Assembly: GCA_963630555.1 (NCBI GenBank)
Contig: CAVGND010000008.1
Coordinates: forward strand, 230 to 64,229
Origin: Roseburia intestinalis
GTDB taxonomy: Bacteria; Bacillota; Clostridia; Oscillospirales; Acutalibacteraceae
Direction of reading: 5' to 3'
DNA: 64,000 bases
Below the pieces are notes generated by a model that searched no databases, was not told the origin of the DNA, and worked only from the letters and a program-made list of their open reading frames with translations. The translations under genes were made by a program, and so were the position numbers. Of the stretch, positions 51,482-59,905 are shown one piece after another; position 1 is the stretch's first letter; every line of letters starts with the position of its first letter.

Positions 51482-51799
51482 ATGGCTCTTGGAATGATTG
51501 AAGTCTACGGCTTTACAACCGCAATAGTCGTTGCCGATAAAATGGCAAAAGCAGCCGCTGTAAAGGTAGTTGCGATTGATAAAAACAAGCCTTTGAATGC
51601 CGAATCGGCAGATGTTCCGCTTGTTATGGCAATTAAGGTGGAGGGTGACGCTGCATCGGTTGAGGCGGCAGTGGACACCGGAATAGCCGAGGCGAAAAAG
51701 CGAAACCTTTATCTCACCCACAAGGTGATTTCAAGGCAGTCCGAGAATATTGAGTGGTTTGCTCAATTAAATGCGCTCGGACGCGATAAACTAAGATAA
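51482..51799 (+). CDS. Divergent BMC-H shell protein with an enlarged pore loop and a C-terminal tail
   Basis: ALGMIEVYGFTTAIVVADKMAKAAAV is a Pfam00936-type N-terminus. The canonical KIGSG pore motif is replaced by DKNKPLNAESADVP. Confidence 0.75.
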   Translation: MALGMIEVYGFTTAIVVADKMAKAAAVKVVAIDKNKPLNAESADVPLVMAIKVEGDAASVEAAVDTGIAEAKKRNLYLTHKVISRQSENIEWFAQLNALGRDKLR

Positions 51800-51829
51800 A
51801 CAAAATGATTTTAAAGGAGATTTTTAATT

Positions 51830-52105
51830 ATGTTAGAAGCATTAGGTATGGTTGAAACCAGAGGTCTTGTAGCGGCAATTGAGGCTGCAGATGCAATGGT
51901 AAAGGCAGCAAATGTAGTTCTTATCGGCTCTGAAAAGATCGGCAGCGGTCTTGTAAGCGTTATGGTAAGAGGCGACGTAGGTGCAGTAAAAGCGGCTGTT
52001 GAAGCCGGCGGAGCTGCTGCCGGTTCACTCGGCGAAGTAGTTGCTACCCACGTTATTCCGAGACCTCACGCAGATGTTGAAAAACTTCTCCCCGCTATCG
52101 ACTGA
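51830..52105 (+). CDS. BMC-H shell protein (PduA/PduJ-like), copy 1
   Basis: [57 protein letters not shown]. Confidence 0.93.
   Translation: MLEALGMVETRGLVAAIEAADAMVKAANVVLIGSEKIGSGLVSVMVRGDVGAVKAAVEAGGAAAGSLGEVVATHVIPRPHADVEKLLPAID
51836..52093 (+). repeat. 258-bp direct repeat, copy A (inside BMC-H copy 1)
   Basis: Base-for-base identical, by eye, to 52475-52732. Confidence 0.95.
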
Positions 52106-52123
52106 TTTAAGGTTTGATTCTTT

Positions 52124-52399
52124 ATGGAAAACGCAATCGCGCTTCTTGAAGTGCAGGCATTGGTTGCCGCAATAGCAGGGCTTGACGCAATGGTAAAGGC
52201 AGCCGATGTAAAACTTATTCATGTTGAAAAACGTCTTGGCGGAAGGCTTGTAACCGTTGTGGTTGAAGGTACCGTTTCTGCCGTCACCGCAGCGCTTGAA
52301 GCAGGCGCGGCAGCGGCGGCTGAGGTCGGCAAAGTTAAATGCCGCGAGGTTATAGCGCGTCCGCACAAGGATATTATGGACTTACTTTATACCGGGTAA
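52124..52399 (+). CDS. BMC-H shell protein, variant pore (KRLGGR)
   Basis: IALLEVQALVAAIAGLDAMVKAADVKLIHVEKRLGGRLVTVVVEGTVSAV. Confidence 0.85.
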   Translation: MENAIALLEVQALVAAIAGLDAMVKAADVKLIHVEKRLGGRLVTVVVEGTVSAVTAALEAGAAAAAEVGKVKCREVIARPHKDIMDLLYTG

Positions 52400-52471
52400 G
52401 TCAGTTTGAAATCTGTATAAAAGGCTTTGAAAGGCTTTTATAAACATAATTCCAATAAGGAGGATATTATA

Positions 52472-52744
52472 ATGGAAGCATTAGGTATGGTTGAAACCAG
52501 AGGTCTTGTAGCGGCAATTGAGGCTGCAGATGCAATGGTAAAGGCAGCAAATGTAGTTCTTATCGGCTCTGAAAAGATCGGCAGCGGTCTTGTAAGCGTT
52601 ATGGTAAGAGGCGACGTAGGTGCAGTAAAAGCGGCTGTTGAAGCCGGCGGAGCTGCTGCCGGTTCACTCGGCGAAGTAGTTGCTACCCACGTTATTCCGA
52701 GACCTCACGCAGATGTTGAAAAACTTCTCCCCACCATTAAATAA
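52472..52744 (+). CDS. BMC-H shell protein (PduA/PduJ-like), copy 2
   Basis: Identical to copy 1 except that the second codon (Leu) is missing and the last 3 residues differ. AAGGAGGA Shine-Dalgarno before ATG 52472. Confidence 0.93.
   Translation: MEALGMVETRGLVAAIEAADAMVKAANVVLIGSEKIGSGLVSVMVRGDVGAVKAAVEAGGAAAGSLGEVVATHVIPRPHADVEKLLPTIK
52475..52732 (+). repeat. 258-bp direct repeat, copy B (inside BMC-H copy 2)
   Basis: Base-for-base identical, by eye, to 51836-52093. Confidence 0.95.
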
Positions 52745-52763
52745 TTTGCCCTTATTTATCGTT

Positions 52764-52788
52764 TGCAGGGCGCATTATGCGCCCTGCA
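52764..52788 (+). other. Intra-operon GC-rich hairpin between the shell-gene block and pduL
   Basis: TGCAGGGCGCA-tta-TGCGCCCTGCA, a perfect 11-bp stem with no U-tract. Confidence 0.5.
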
Positions 52789-52900
52789 GGGGGAAATATC
52801 ACTTCCCTGATTTTAACTTTAATTAATTGATTTTGCGTGCAATGTTCTTAAAGCCGCAGTGCCGGCTAAAGAATTTTATTATATAAAAGAGGAAAAACAA

Positions 52901-53542
52901 ATGCAGTTTGATGAAAAGCAGATAACGGCGGCGGTTATAAAGGTGCTGTCGGCAATGGATAACGAGGCACAGGGCAATATCCCCGTAGGCGTTTCCAATC
53001 GACATATACATCTTTCAAGAACAGACCTTGAAACTCTGTTCGGGAAAGGTTATGAACTTCAGCCACTTAAAGATTTGTCGCAGCCCGGACAATACGCCTG
53101 CAAAGAAACATTAACCGTAATCGGCCCATCATTAAGACCGATTGAAAAGGTAAGAGTCTTGGGCCCTGTAAGGAGTTCAACACAGGTCGAAATATCAAGA
53201 ACCGACTCTTTTACGCTTAAAGTTAACCCTCCTGTAAGACCGTCGGGAGAAACGGCAGGCAGTGCCACAGTTACTATTGCGGGTCCTAAAGGTGTTATAA
53301 CAGTGCCCGAATGCTGCATAATTGCTAACCGCCATATACATATGAGTATGTCGGACGCTGCCCGTTTCGGCGTAAAAGACGGTGATTTTGTTATGGTTGA
53401 TGCATCAGGTGAGCGTAAAACGAGATGGTACGATGTGCAGATAAGGGCTAACGACGCATTCAGGCTTGAAATGCACATTGATACCGATGATGCTAACGCT
53501 GCAGGTATCAAAAACGGCGACAAAGTCACTATAGTAAAATAA
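52901..53542 (+). CDS. pduL: Phosphate propanoyltransferase PduL with an N-terminal encapsulation peptide
   Basis: Duplicated PduL motifs GVSNRHIHLS and IANRHIHMS. N-terminus MQFDEKQITAAVIKVLSAM. AAGAGGA Shine-Dalgarno upstream. Confidence 0.92.
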   Translation: MQFDEKQITAAVIKVLSAMDNEAQGNIPVGVSNRHIHLSRTDLETLFGKGYELQPLKDLSQPGQYACKETLTVIGPSLRPIEKVRVLGPVRSSTQVEISRTDSFTLKVNPPVRPSGETAGSATVTIAGPKGVITVPECCIIANRHIHMSMSDAARFGVKDGDFVMVDASGERKTRWYDVQIRANDAFRLEMHIDTDDANAAGIKNGDKVTIVK

Positions 53543-53562
53543 ACTTATCGGGAGAAAAAGTT

Positions 53563-53811
53563 ATGAAAATAGGGAAAATTGTTGGAACGGTTGTATCAAC
53601 CCGCAAGCAGGATTCGCTTGTAGGCTCAAAATTTATGGAAGTCAATGTGATTGAAAACGGCAAACAGACCGATAACTTTATGATAGCGGTTGACAGCGTA
53701 GGAGCCGGTATCGGCGAAACGGTACTTATAACAACAGGTTCCGGTGCCAGGTTAGCGCTTAAAAACACAGAATCACCGGTTGACGCCGTGATAGTAGGTA
53801 TAGTAGATTAA
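53563..53811 (+). CDS. BMC-P pentameric vertex protein (EutN/PduN/CcmL family)
   Basis: MKIGKIVGTVVSTRKQDSLVGSKFMEV. 82 aa. Confidence 0.9.
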   Translation: MKIGKIVGTVVSTRKQDSLVGSKFMEVNVIENGKQTDNFMIAVDSVGAGIGETVLITTGSGARLALKNTESPVDAVIVGIVD

Positions 53812-53839
53812 AACCGTATTTTTTCGGAGTGGTGTTTAA

Positions 53840-55162
53840 ATGGAAAATATCAAATCGCTTATGCAAAATGCCGGCATTGTAGGTGCAGGCGGCGCAGGTT
53901 TTCCGTCGTATGCAAAAATAGCGGACGGTGCCGAAATGTTGCTTATAAACGGTGCTGAGTGCGAACCTCTTATTTATACCGATATGTATTTGCTCAAAAC
54001 CGAACTGCAAACGGTTATTGACGGTATTAACATAGTGCTTGACGGTGCGGGAATCGGAAAATGTTTTATCGCAATTAAAGAACATACCGCAAAACGTCTG
54101 GGACTTTCGGATTGGCAGCCGCTTACCGAGCGTATAAGGATAAGAACAATGCCTGATGCTTATCCGATGGGTGACGAAATAAATCTTATATATCAGGTAA
54201 CGGGCAGGGTGGTTCCTCCGGGCGCACTCCCGATAAAGGTGGGCGTAATTGTCTATAACGTGGAAACGGTTTATAATGTTTCGCGCGCAAAACAGGGTGC
54301 TCCGCTTACCGAAAAGTGGCTTACGGTCGGCGGAGATATAAAAAACCGCGTTGTCGTAAAAGTGCCTGTCGGTATGACGGTGAGGGATCTCTTTGCAACC
54401 CTCGGCGTAACTGTTGACGATGACCATATTGTTATTGACGGCGGTCCTTCCATGGGAAGAATTATTAACCACGGCAGCGCCGTTATAACCAAAACCACGA
54501 AATCTTTGCTTGTATTGCCGCGTGATATTCCCGCCGTTGCAGGCAAACTCGGTTCTTATGAAATACATATCAAACACGCACAAAGCAACTGCTGCCAGTG
54601 CACAAGATGTACCGATATGTGCCCCCGCGCGCTTCTCGGCTATCCGTTGCAGCCGCACAGATTGGTAAGAACCGTTATGACAGTGGCGGAGCAGGATCCC
54701 GAAATAATTAAAACCGCTTCGCTTTGCTGCGGTTGCGGAATATGTGAAATTGCCGCCTGCTGCCAAAGTATTTCACCGCGTGCGGTAATAAACGAACTTA
54801 AAGGAGTGCTGGGCAAGAACCGCATTAAATATGTTGCGGAGGAATCAACCGTTCCGAGCGAACAGCGTGATTACCGTTTAATGCCGTCAGAGCGTTGGAA
54901 AATGCTGCTCGGCGTGCATAAAATGGATGTTATGCCGGAACTGAATCCCACAAAACTAAAAACACACACCGTAGAATTGCTGCTTAAACAAAGTATCGGC
55001 GCACCCGTAACGCCCATAGTTAAGGCAGGGGACGAGGTAACCGAAGGACAGTTGATAGCCACCAACGAAGACGGGCTTTTCGTTCCGTTACATTCGTCCG
55101 TAAACGGTAAAGTCGTTTCGGTGGATTCAAACAAGATCGTTATAGAAAACAGGGAGGCGTAA
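53840..55162 (+). CDS. PduS-like / RnfC-like Fe-S flavoprotein
   Basis: GIVGAGGAGFPSYAK nucleotide-binding site, an SLBB region and two 4Fe-4S motifs (CCQCTRCTDMCP, CCGCGICEIAAC). Confidence 0.85.
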   Translation: MENIKSLMQNAGIVGAGGAGFPSYAKIADGAEMLLINGAECEPLIYTDMYLLKTELQTVIDGINIVLDGAGIGKCFIAIKEHTAKRLGLSDWQPLTERIRIRTMPDAYPMGDEINLIYQVTGRVVPPGALPIKVGVIVYNVETVYNVSRAKQGAPLTEKWLTVGGDIKNRVVVKVPVGMTVRDLFATLGVTVDDDHIVIDGGPSMGRIINHGSAVITKTTKSLLVLPRDIPAVAGKLGSYEIHIKHAQSNCCQCTRCTDMCPRALLGYPLQPHRLVRTVMTVAEQDPEIIKTASLCCGCGICEIAACCQSISPRAVINELKGVLGKNRIKYVAEESTVPSEQRDYRLMPSERWKMLLGVHKMDVMPELNPTKLKTHTVELLLKQSIGAPVTPIVKAGDEVTEGQLIATNEDGLFVPLHSSVNGKVVSVDSNKIVIENREA

Positions 55163-55165
55163 GAT

Positions 55166-55711
55166 ATGTTTCAAGCTGTAGGAATAATTGAACTCAAAAG
55201 TATAGCTAAGGGTATAGAAGCGTGCGATGCCGCCCTTAAATCGGCAGGCGTAAAACTTGTCTCGGCTCATCCGTCGTGTCCTGGTAAGTATGAAATAATA
55301 ATAACAGGCTCAATCTCAAATGTTACCGCATCTGTTGACCATGTGCGGGACTTTTTCGGAACATATATAATTGATGAATCGGTTATGGGCAGAATTGACC
55401 CGACCGTTATAACCGCCCTTTTCGGCACGCAGGAAATAACCGATAAAGGCTCGCTCGGTATAATTGAAACCTATTCGGCGGCGTCTGCAATTAAAGCGGC
55501 GGATATTGCCGTTAAAACCGCTAAAGTTTCAATATACGATTTGCGTATTTCACGCGGAATGGGTGGTAAAGGCGTTGTTCTTATAACCGGTGATGTAGGC
55601 GATGTCACAGCCGCTGCCGAGGCAGGTGCTGCCCATGCGCGCAGTATAGGTTTGCTTAATACCTGGTCGGTAATCGCCGCTCCGCATACCGAACTTTGGG
55701 AGCAATTGTAA
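55166..55711 (+). CDS. BMC-T tandem-domain shell protein (PduT-like)
   Basis: Two BMC domains (AVGIIELKS..., SLGIIETYS...). A Cys in the PSCPGK loop sits where the PduT cluster-ligating Cys is found. Confidence 0.85.
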   Translation: MFQAVGIIELKSIAKGIEACDAALKSAGVKLVSAHPSCPGKYEIIITGSISNVTASVDHVRDFFGTYIIDESVMGRIDPTVITALFGTQEITDKGSLGIIETYSAASAIKAADIAVKTAKVSIYDLRISRGMGGKGVVLITGDVGDVTAAAEAGAAHARSIGLLNTWSVIAAPHTELWEQL

Positions 55712-55738
55712 TTTTAATACCTAAAGGAGTAAAACCCT

Positions 55739-58267
55739 ATGGGAGAAATTAAATTTCAAATAGAAAAAAGTGCAAGAATCGATAAACTTATAAGTGCACT
55801 TTATGAAAAAATGCCCGAAATCGAAGCTGACCGTGGCGAACTTATAACCGAAAGTTATATGGCAACCGAGAATCTGCCTGTAATTCTCCGCCGCAGTGCC
55901 GCTTTCAAACATATTTTAGAAAATATTCCGATAGTTATTCGTGACGGGGAACTGATAGTCGGCAGCAACTCGGTTGCGCCGCGCGGTTGTCAAGTTTACC
56001 CCGAATACTCATATGAATGGCTGCTGGAGGAGTTCGAAACCGTAGCATCCCGTGAGGCAGACCCGTTTTTCATTTCTGAAGAAACCAAGAAACGGCTCCG
56101 CCGCGTTTATCCGTATTGGAAAGGTAAAACGGTAAGTGACCTTGCTACCCGGATAATGGCTCCCGAGGCATATGCGGCCTTTACAAAGCACGATGTATTT
56201 ACTGTAGGTAATTATTTTTATAACGGCGTCGGACATATTAATGTAAATTATAATAAGGTTCTTACGGTTGGGTATGAGGGTATTATAAGAGAAACCGAAA
56301 CCGCTCTTGCTTCGCTTAAGGTGAGCGACCCTGATTATGCGGAACGCTCGGCGTTTTTAAAGGCGGTTATCGAAAGTTTGCAGGCAGTTATAACCTATGC
56401 AAACAGATATGCCGATTTGGCAGAGCAAAAAGCCGCCGTATGCCGTGACGAAACAAGAAAAAAGGAACTGTTAAGAATAGCCGCAAACTGCCGCCGCGTC
56501 CCCGCCAAACCGGCTGAGGACTTTTGGCAGGCTTGCCAAAGTTTTTGGTTTGTTCAACAGCTTTTGCAGCTTGAATCAAGCGGACATTCCATTTCTCCGG
56601 GACGGTTTGACCGTTATATGTATCCATTTTTTAAAAAGGACCTTGATAACGGCACCGTTACATATGAATCGGCGCAGGAACTTATTGATTGCATCTGGGT
56701 AAAACTCAATGATATAAACAAGGTGCGTGACGCCGCATCCGCAAAGGGTTTTGCGGGTTACGGTATGTTCCAAAATCTTATAGTAGGCGGTCAGGATTCC
56801 TTTGGGTTTGACGCAACAAATGATTTGTCCTATATGTGCCTTGAAGCGGCAATGCATGTCCGCCTGCCGCAGCCCTCACTTTCCATAAGGGTTTGGAACG
56901 GTTCACCGCAGGATCTGCTTATAAAAGCTGCCGCACTTACGCGTGTCGGTTCCGGCTTGCCTGCTTATTATAATGATGAAATTATAATCCCTGCGCTTAT
57001 GCATAGGGGATTAACACTTGAGGATGCAAGGGATTATTGTATAATCGGTTGTGTTGAACCGCAAAAAGGCTCGAAAACCGACGGCTGGCACGATGCTGCA
57101 TTTTTCAATATGTGCCGTCCGCTTGAACTTGTCTTTTCAAACGGTGTGGATAAAGGCGTTCAGATAGGTCTTAAAACGGGCGAAGTGACCGAAATGGCTT
57201 CGTTTAAAGAATTCTATGACGCCTATAAAAAACAAAGCGACTATATGGTATCGCTGCTTGTAAATGCCGATAATGCCGTGGACGCTGCGCACGCTGCGCG
57301 TTGCCCTCTGCCGTTCCAGTCTTCAATGGTCGAGGATTGTATAGGTCGCGGAAAAAGCGTTCAGGAGGGCGGGGCAATATATAATTTTACAGGGCCTCAG
57401 GGATTTGGTATTGCCAATATGACCGACGCACTTATAGCCGTTAAAAAGTATGTGTTTGACGAAAAATCAATAACTATGGCGGAACTTAAAGAGGCGCTCC
57501 GTTACAATTACGGTAAGGGTATGACCGTTTCGCAGAAAGCGGAAATAGCCGCCGAAATTGCAGGTTCTCTTAAAAATAACGGCATGGATTTGGATGAAAC
57601 CGCACTTGCCGCCATTGCCAAAGAGGTTGACGCTGCTACGTCTGTGCCGCAAGACAAAAAGGCGAGATTTGAAGAAATATTCTCTCTGATTGAAAAAGCG
57701 CCAAAATACGGCAATGACGACCCCGAAACCGATATGTTTGCAAGAGATGTTGCATATATCTATACAAAAGAGGTCGAAAAATACCGTAACCACCGCGGAG
57801 GTATGTTCCAGGCAGGGCTTTATCCTGTTTCGGCAAATGTTCCGCTCGGTGCACAAACCGGCGCAACACCCGACGGCAGGTATGCCTGCACCCCGATTGC
57901 GGACGGCGTAGGTCCCGTTTCCGGCAGGGATAAATTAGGCCCTACCGCAACCGCAAACTCGGTTGCCGCACTTGACCACGGTATAGCATCAAATGGCACG
58001 TTGCTTAATCAAAAATTCCATCCGTCTGCGCTTGCGGGGATGGAAGGGCTTGAAAAATTTGTCGCCTTAATACGCGGATTTTTCGATCAAAAGGGTATGC
58101 ATATGCAGTTTAATGTCGTCAGCCGCGAAACATTGCTCGACGCGCAGGCTCACCCCGAAAAATATAAAACCCTCGTTGTTCGTGTTGCAGGGTACAGTGC
58201 ACTGTTTACCACATTGTCACGCTCGTTGCAGGACGATATAATCAACCGTACTACACAGGGTTGGTAA
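55739..58267 (+). CDS. Glycyl radical enzyme, probable B12-independent 1,2-propanediol dehydratase (by context)
   Basis: 842 aa with Cys loop IIGCVEPQ and glycyl motif RVAGYSALF. Substrate inferred from the aldolase-containing GRM5-type gene set, not from active-site residues. Confidence 0.9.
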   Translation: MGEIKFQIEKSARIDKLISALYEKMPEIEADRGELITESYMATENLPVILRRSAAFKHILENIPIVIRDGELIVGSNSVAPRGCQVYPEYSYEWLLEEFETVASREADPFFISEETKKRLRRVYPYWKGKTVSDLATRIMAPEAYAAFTKHDVFTVGNYFYNGVGHINVNYNKVLTVGYEGIIRETETALASLKVSDPDYAERSAFLKAVIESLQAVITYANRYADLAEQKAAVCRDETRKKELLRIAANCRRVPAKPAEDFWQACQSFWFVQQLLQLESSGHSISPGRFDRYMYPFFKKDLDNGTVTYESAQELIDCIWVKLNDINKVRDAASAKGFAGYGMFQNLIVGGQDSFGFDATNDLSYMCLEAAMHVRLPQPSLSIRVWNGSPQDLLIKAAALTRVGSGLPAYYNDEIIIPALMHRGLTLEDARDYCIIGCVEPQKGSKTDGWHDAAFFNMCRPLELVFSNGVDKGVQIGLKTGEVTEMASFKEFYDAYKKQSDYMVSLLVNADNAVDAAHAARCPLPFQSSMVEDCIGRGKSVQEGGAIYNFTGPQGFGIANMTDALIAVKKYVFDEKSITMAELKEALRYNYGKGMTVSQKAEIAAEIAGSLKNNGMDLDETALAAIAKEVDAATSVPQDKKARFEEIFSLIEKAPKYGNDDPETDMFARDVAYIYTKEVEKYRNHRGGMFQAGLYPVSANVPLGAQTGATPDGRYACTPIADGVGPVSGRDKLGPTATANSVAALDHGIASNGTLLNQKFHPSALAGMEGLEKFVALIRGFFDQKGMHMQFNVVSRETLLDAQAHPEKYKTLVVRVAGYSALFTTLSRSLQDDIINRTTQGW

Positions 58268-58303
58268 TATAAATCATTAAAAAAATTTTAGGAGGCAGGA
58301 ACT

Positions 58304-59056
58304 ATGGCTATCAGATTTTGTCCCAATTGCGGCAAGGAAAACACAGAAAATCTTAATTTCTGCGGAAATTGCGGAACAAATTTTGCAAAAGAAAAAATTG
58401 AAGAACCGATTTTAACCGAACAAACCGTTCCTCAAACCGTATCCGAGGAAGAGCAGAGCACAGCGGCTCAGTCTGTCGACTCGGCTGAACAGGTTAAAGA
58501 TACTGAATCCGAACAGTCTGTTCAAACCGCTCAACCTGTTCAAGAAGAACAGCCTGCTCAACCGGTTCAACCTGTTCAGCAGATGCAGATGTTCCAACCG
58601 GTAAAGCCTGTCAGGCGCGGAAAGGGCCTCGGTATTGCTTCAATGGTAATCGGAATATTGGCGATTTTAAATTCTGTTTTGCTCGCCGCTTTACTATGGT
58701 TTTTCCCTTTCGAAATAGTTGTTGTATCGGCGGTGTTTGTGGGTATATTATCCGTGGCATCGCTGGTTTTAGGCATAGTTTCCCTTTGCAAAGGTTATAA
58801 AAAAGGCTGCAGCATTTCGAGTGTTATAATGTCGTCGCTTGCCTTGCTTCTGTGCGTTGCGTCGGTGATTATATCCGCAAACTTTGTTGATACTACGCTT
58901 ATGGACGAAATCATTGATGAATTACCTGATAACGGCATGTATCACAGATCGTTGGATGATTTGGAAGATTATCTTGATGATTATGACGACTATTATGACG
59001 ACTATTATGATGATTATGAAGATAAGTGGGAAGATTATTACAGCAAAAGTTATTGA
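58304..59056 (+). CDS. Zinc-ribbon membrane protein with a Pro/Gln-rich linker and an acidic Tyr-rich tail
   Basis: CPNCG...CGNCG zinc ribbon, a QPVQ-type repeat linker, 3-4 TM helices (GLGIASMVIGILAILNS...), tail DDLEDYLDDYDDYYDDYYDDYEDKWEDYY. GGAGGCAGGA Shine-Dalgarno upstream. Confidence 0.65.
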   Translation: MAIRFCPNCGKENTENLNFCGNCGTNFAKEKIEEPILTEQTVPQTVSEEEQSTAAQSVDSAEQVKDTESEQSVQTAQPVQEEQPAQPVQPVQQMQMFQPVKPVRRGKGLGIASMVIGILAILNSVLLAALLWFFPFEIVVVSAVFVGILSVASLVLGIVSLCKGYKKGCSISSVIMSSLALLLCVASVIISANFVDTTLMDEIIDELPDNGMYHRSLDDLEDYLDDYDDYYDDYYDDYEDKWEDYYSKSY

Positions 59057-59091
59057 TATTTATTGAAAATAATTTGTAAAGGCGGTGCGAA

Positions 59092-59880
59092 ATGGAAAAC
59101 TGTTATAATGTAAAAGGCAGAATTTTTAATGTTCAGCGTTTTTCCATCCATGACGGGCCCGGTATTCGCACCATTGTCTTTTTAAAGGGGTGCAGATTGC
59201 GTTGCAAGTGGTGCTGCAACCCTGAATCACAGCGTTATGATATAGATGTGATGAATGAAAACGGAACACAAAAAAACGTCGGCGAAGACGTTACGGTTGC
59301 CGAGGTGATGAAACAGGTTCGAAGGGACAAGCCGTATTACAGCCGCTCGGGCGGTGGGTTGACCCTTTCGGGTGGTGAGGCATTTTGTCAACCGCAGTTT
59401 GCCGCCGCCCTGCTTACAGCCGCTCGGGCAGAAGGCTTTAATACCGCTGTTGAAACCGCAGGGTTTTATCCGTTTGAAAATATTGAACCTGCTTTGCCGC
59501 TTATTGATACCGTCCTTATGGATATTAAAAATATGAACAGTGCAAAACATGAACAGTTTACGGGGCAACCCAATAAACTTATACTTGGGAACGCCGAGCA
59601 GATAGCGCAAAACGCAAAACGCCTTATAATCCGCGTGCCCGTAATTCCCGGGTTCAACGATACCGACGCCGAAATATCGGCAATTTCGCGTTTTGCCTCA
59701 ACATTGCAAGGTGTTACCGAACTTCATTTGCTGCCGTACCATAGGTTGGGGCAGGATAAATATACTCAGCTTGGCAGACAGTATGAACTTGACGGAATAG
59801 AACCGCCCGAAAATCCAAAAATGCAGCGGTTGCTTGAAACCGCACGCAAAAGCGGACTTTCCTGCCGCATAGGCGGATAA
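59092..59880 (+). CDS. Glycyl-radical enzyme activating enzyme (radical SAM), short form
   Basis: SIHDGPGIRTIVFLKGCRLRCKWCCNPES. 262 aa. Confidence 0.92.
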   Translation: MENCYNVKGRIFNVQRFSIHDGPGIRTIVFLKGCRLRCKWCCNPESQRYDIDVMNENGTQKNVGEDVTVAEVMKQVRRDKPYYSRSGGGLTLSGGEAFCQPQFAAALLTAARAEGFNTAVETAGFYPFENIEPALPLIDTVLMDIKNMNSAKHEQFTGQPNKLILGNAEQIAQNAKRLIIRVPVIPGFNDTDAEISAISRFASTLQGVTELHLLPYHRLGQDKYTQLGRQYELDGIEPPENPKMQRLLETARKSGLSCRIGG

Positions 59881-59905
59881 CTTTATATCGCGAAAAGGTA
59901 TTATT

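Noticed and set aside
53759-54766. 335-aa ORF on the minus strand
   Set aside because: It is antisense to the PduS-like gene and overlaps the BMC-P stop. Its product is Arg/Asn/Phe-rich, as shadow frames typically are, and it resembles no known family.
55739-58267. Alternative call of the BMC glycyl radical enzyme as choline trimethylamine-lyase (CutC)
   Set aside because: The locus starts with a class II aldolase, and the GRE lacks the long N-terminal extension that I recall being common in BMC-linked CutC. The gene order mirrors the fucose/rhamnose GRM type. Without an alignment this is a preference, not proof.
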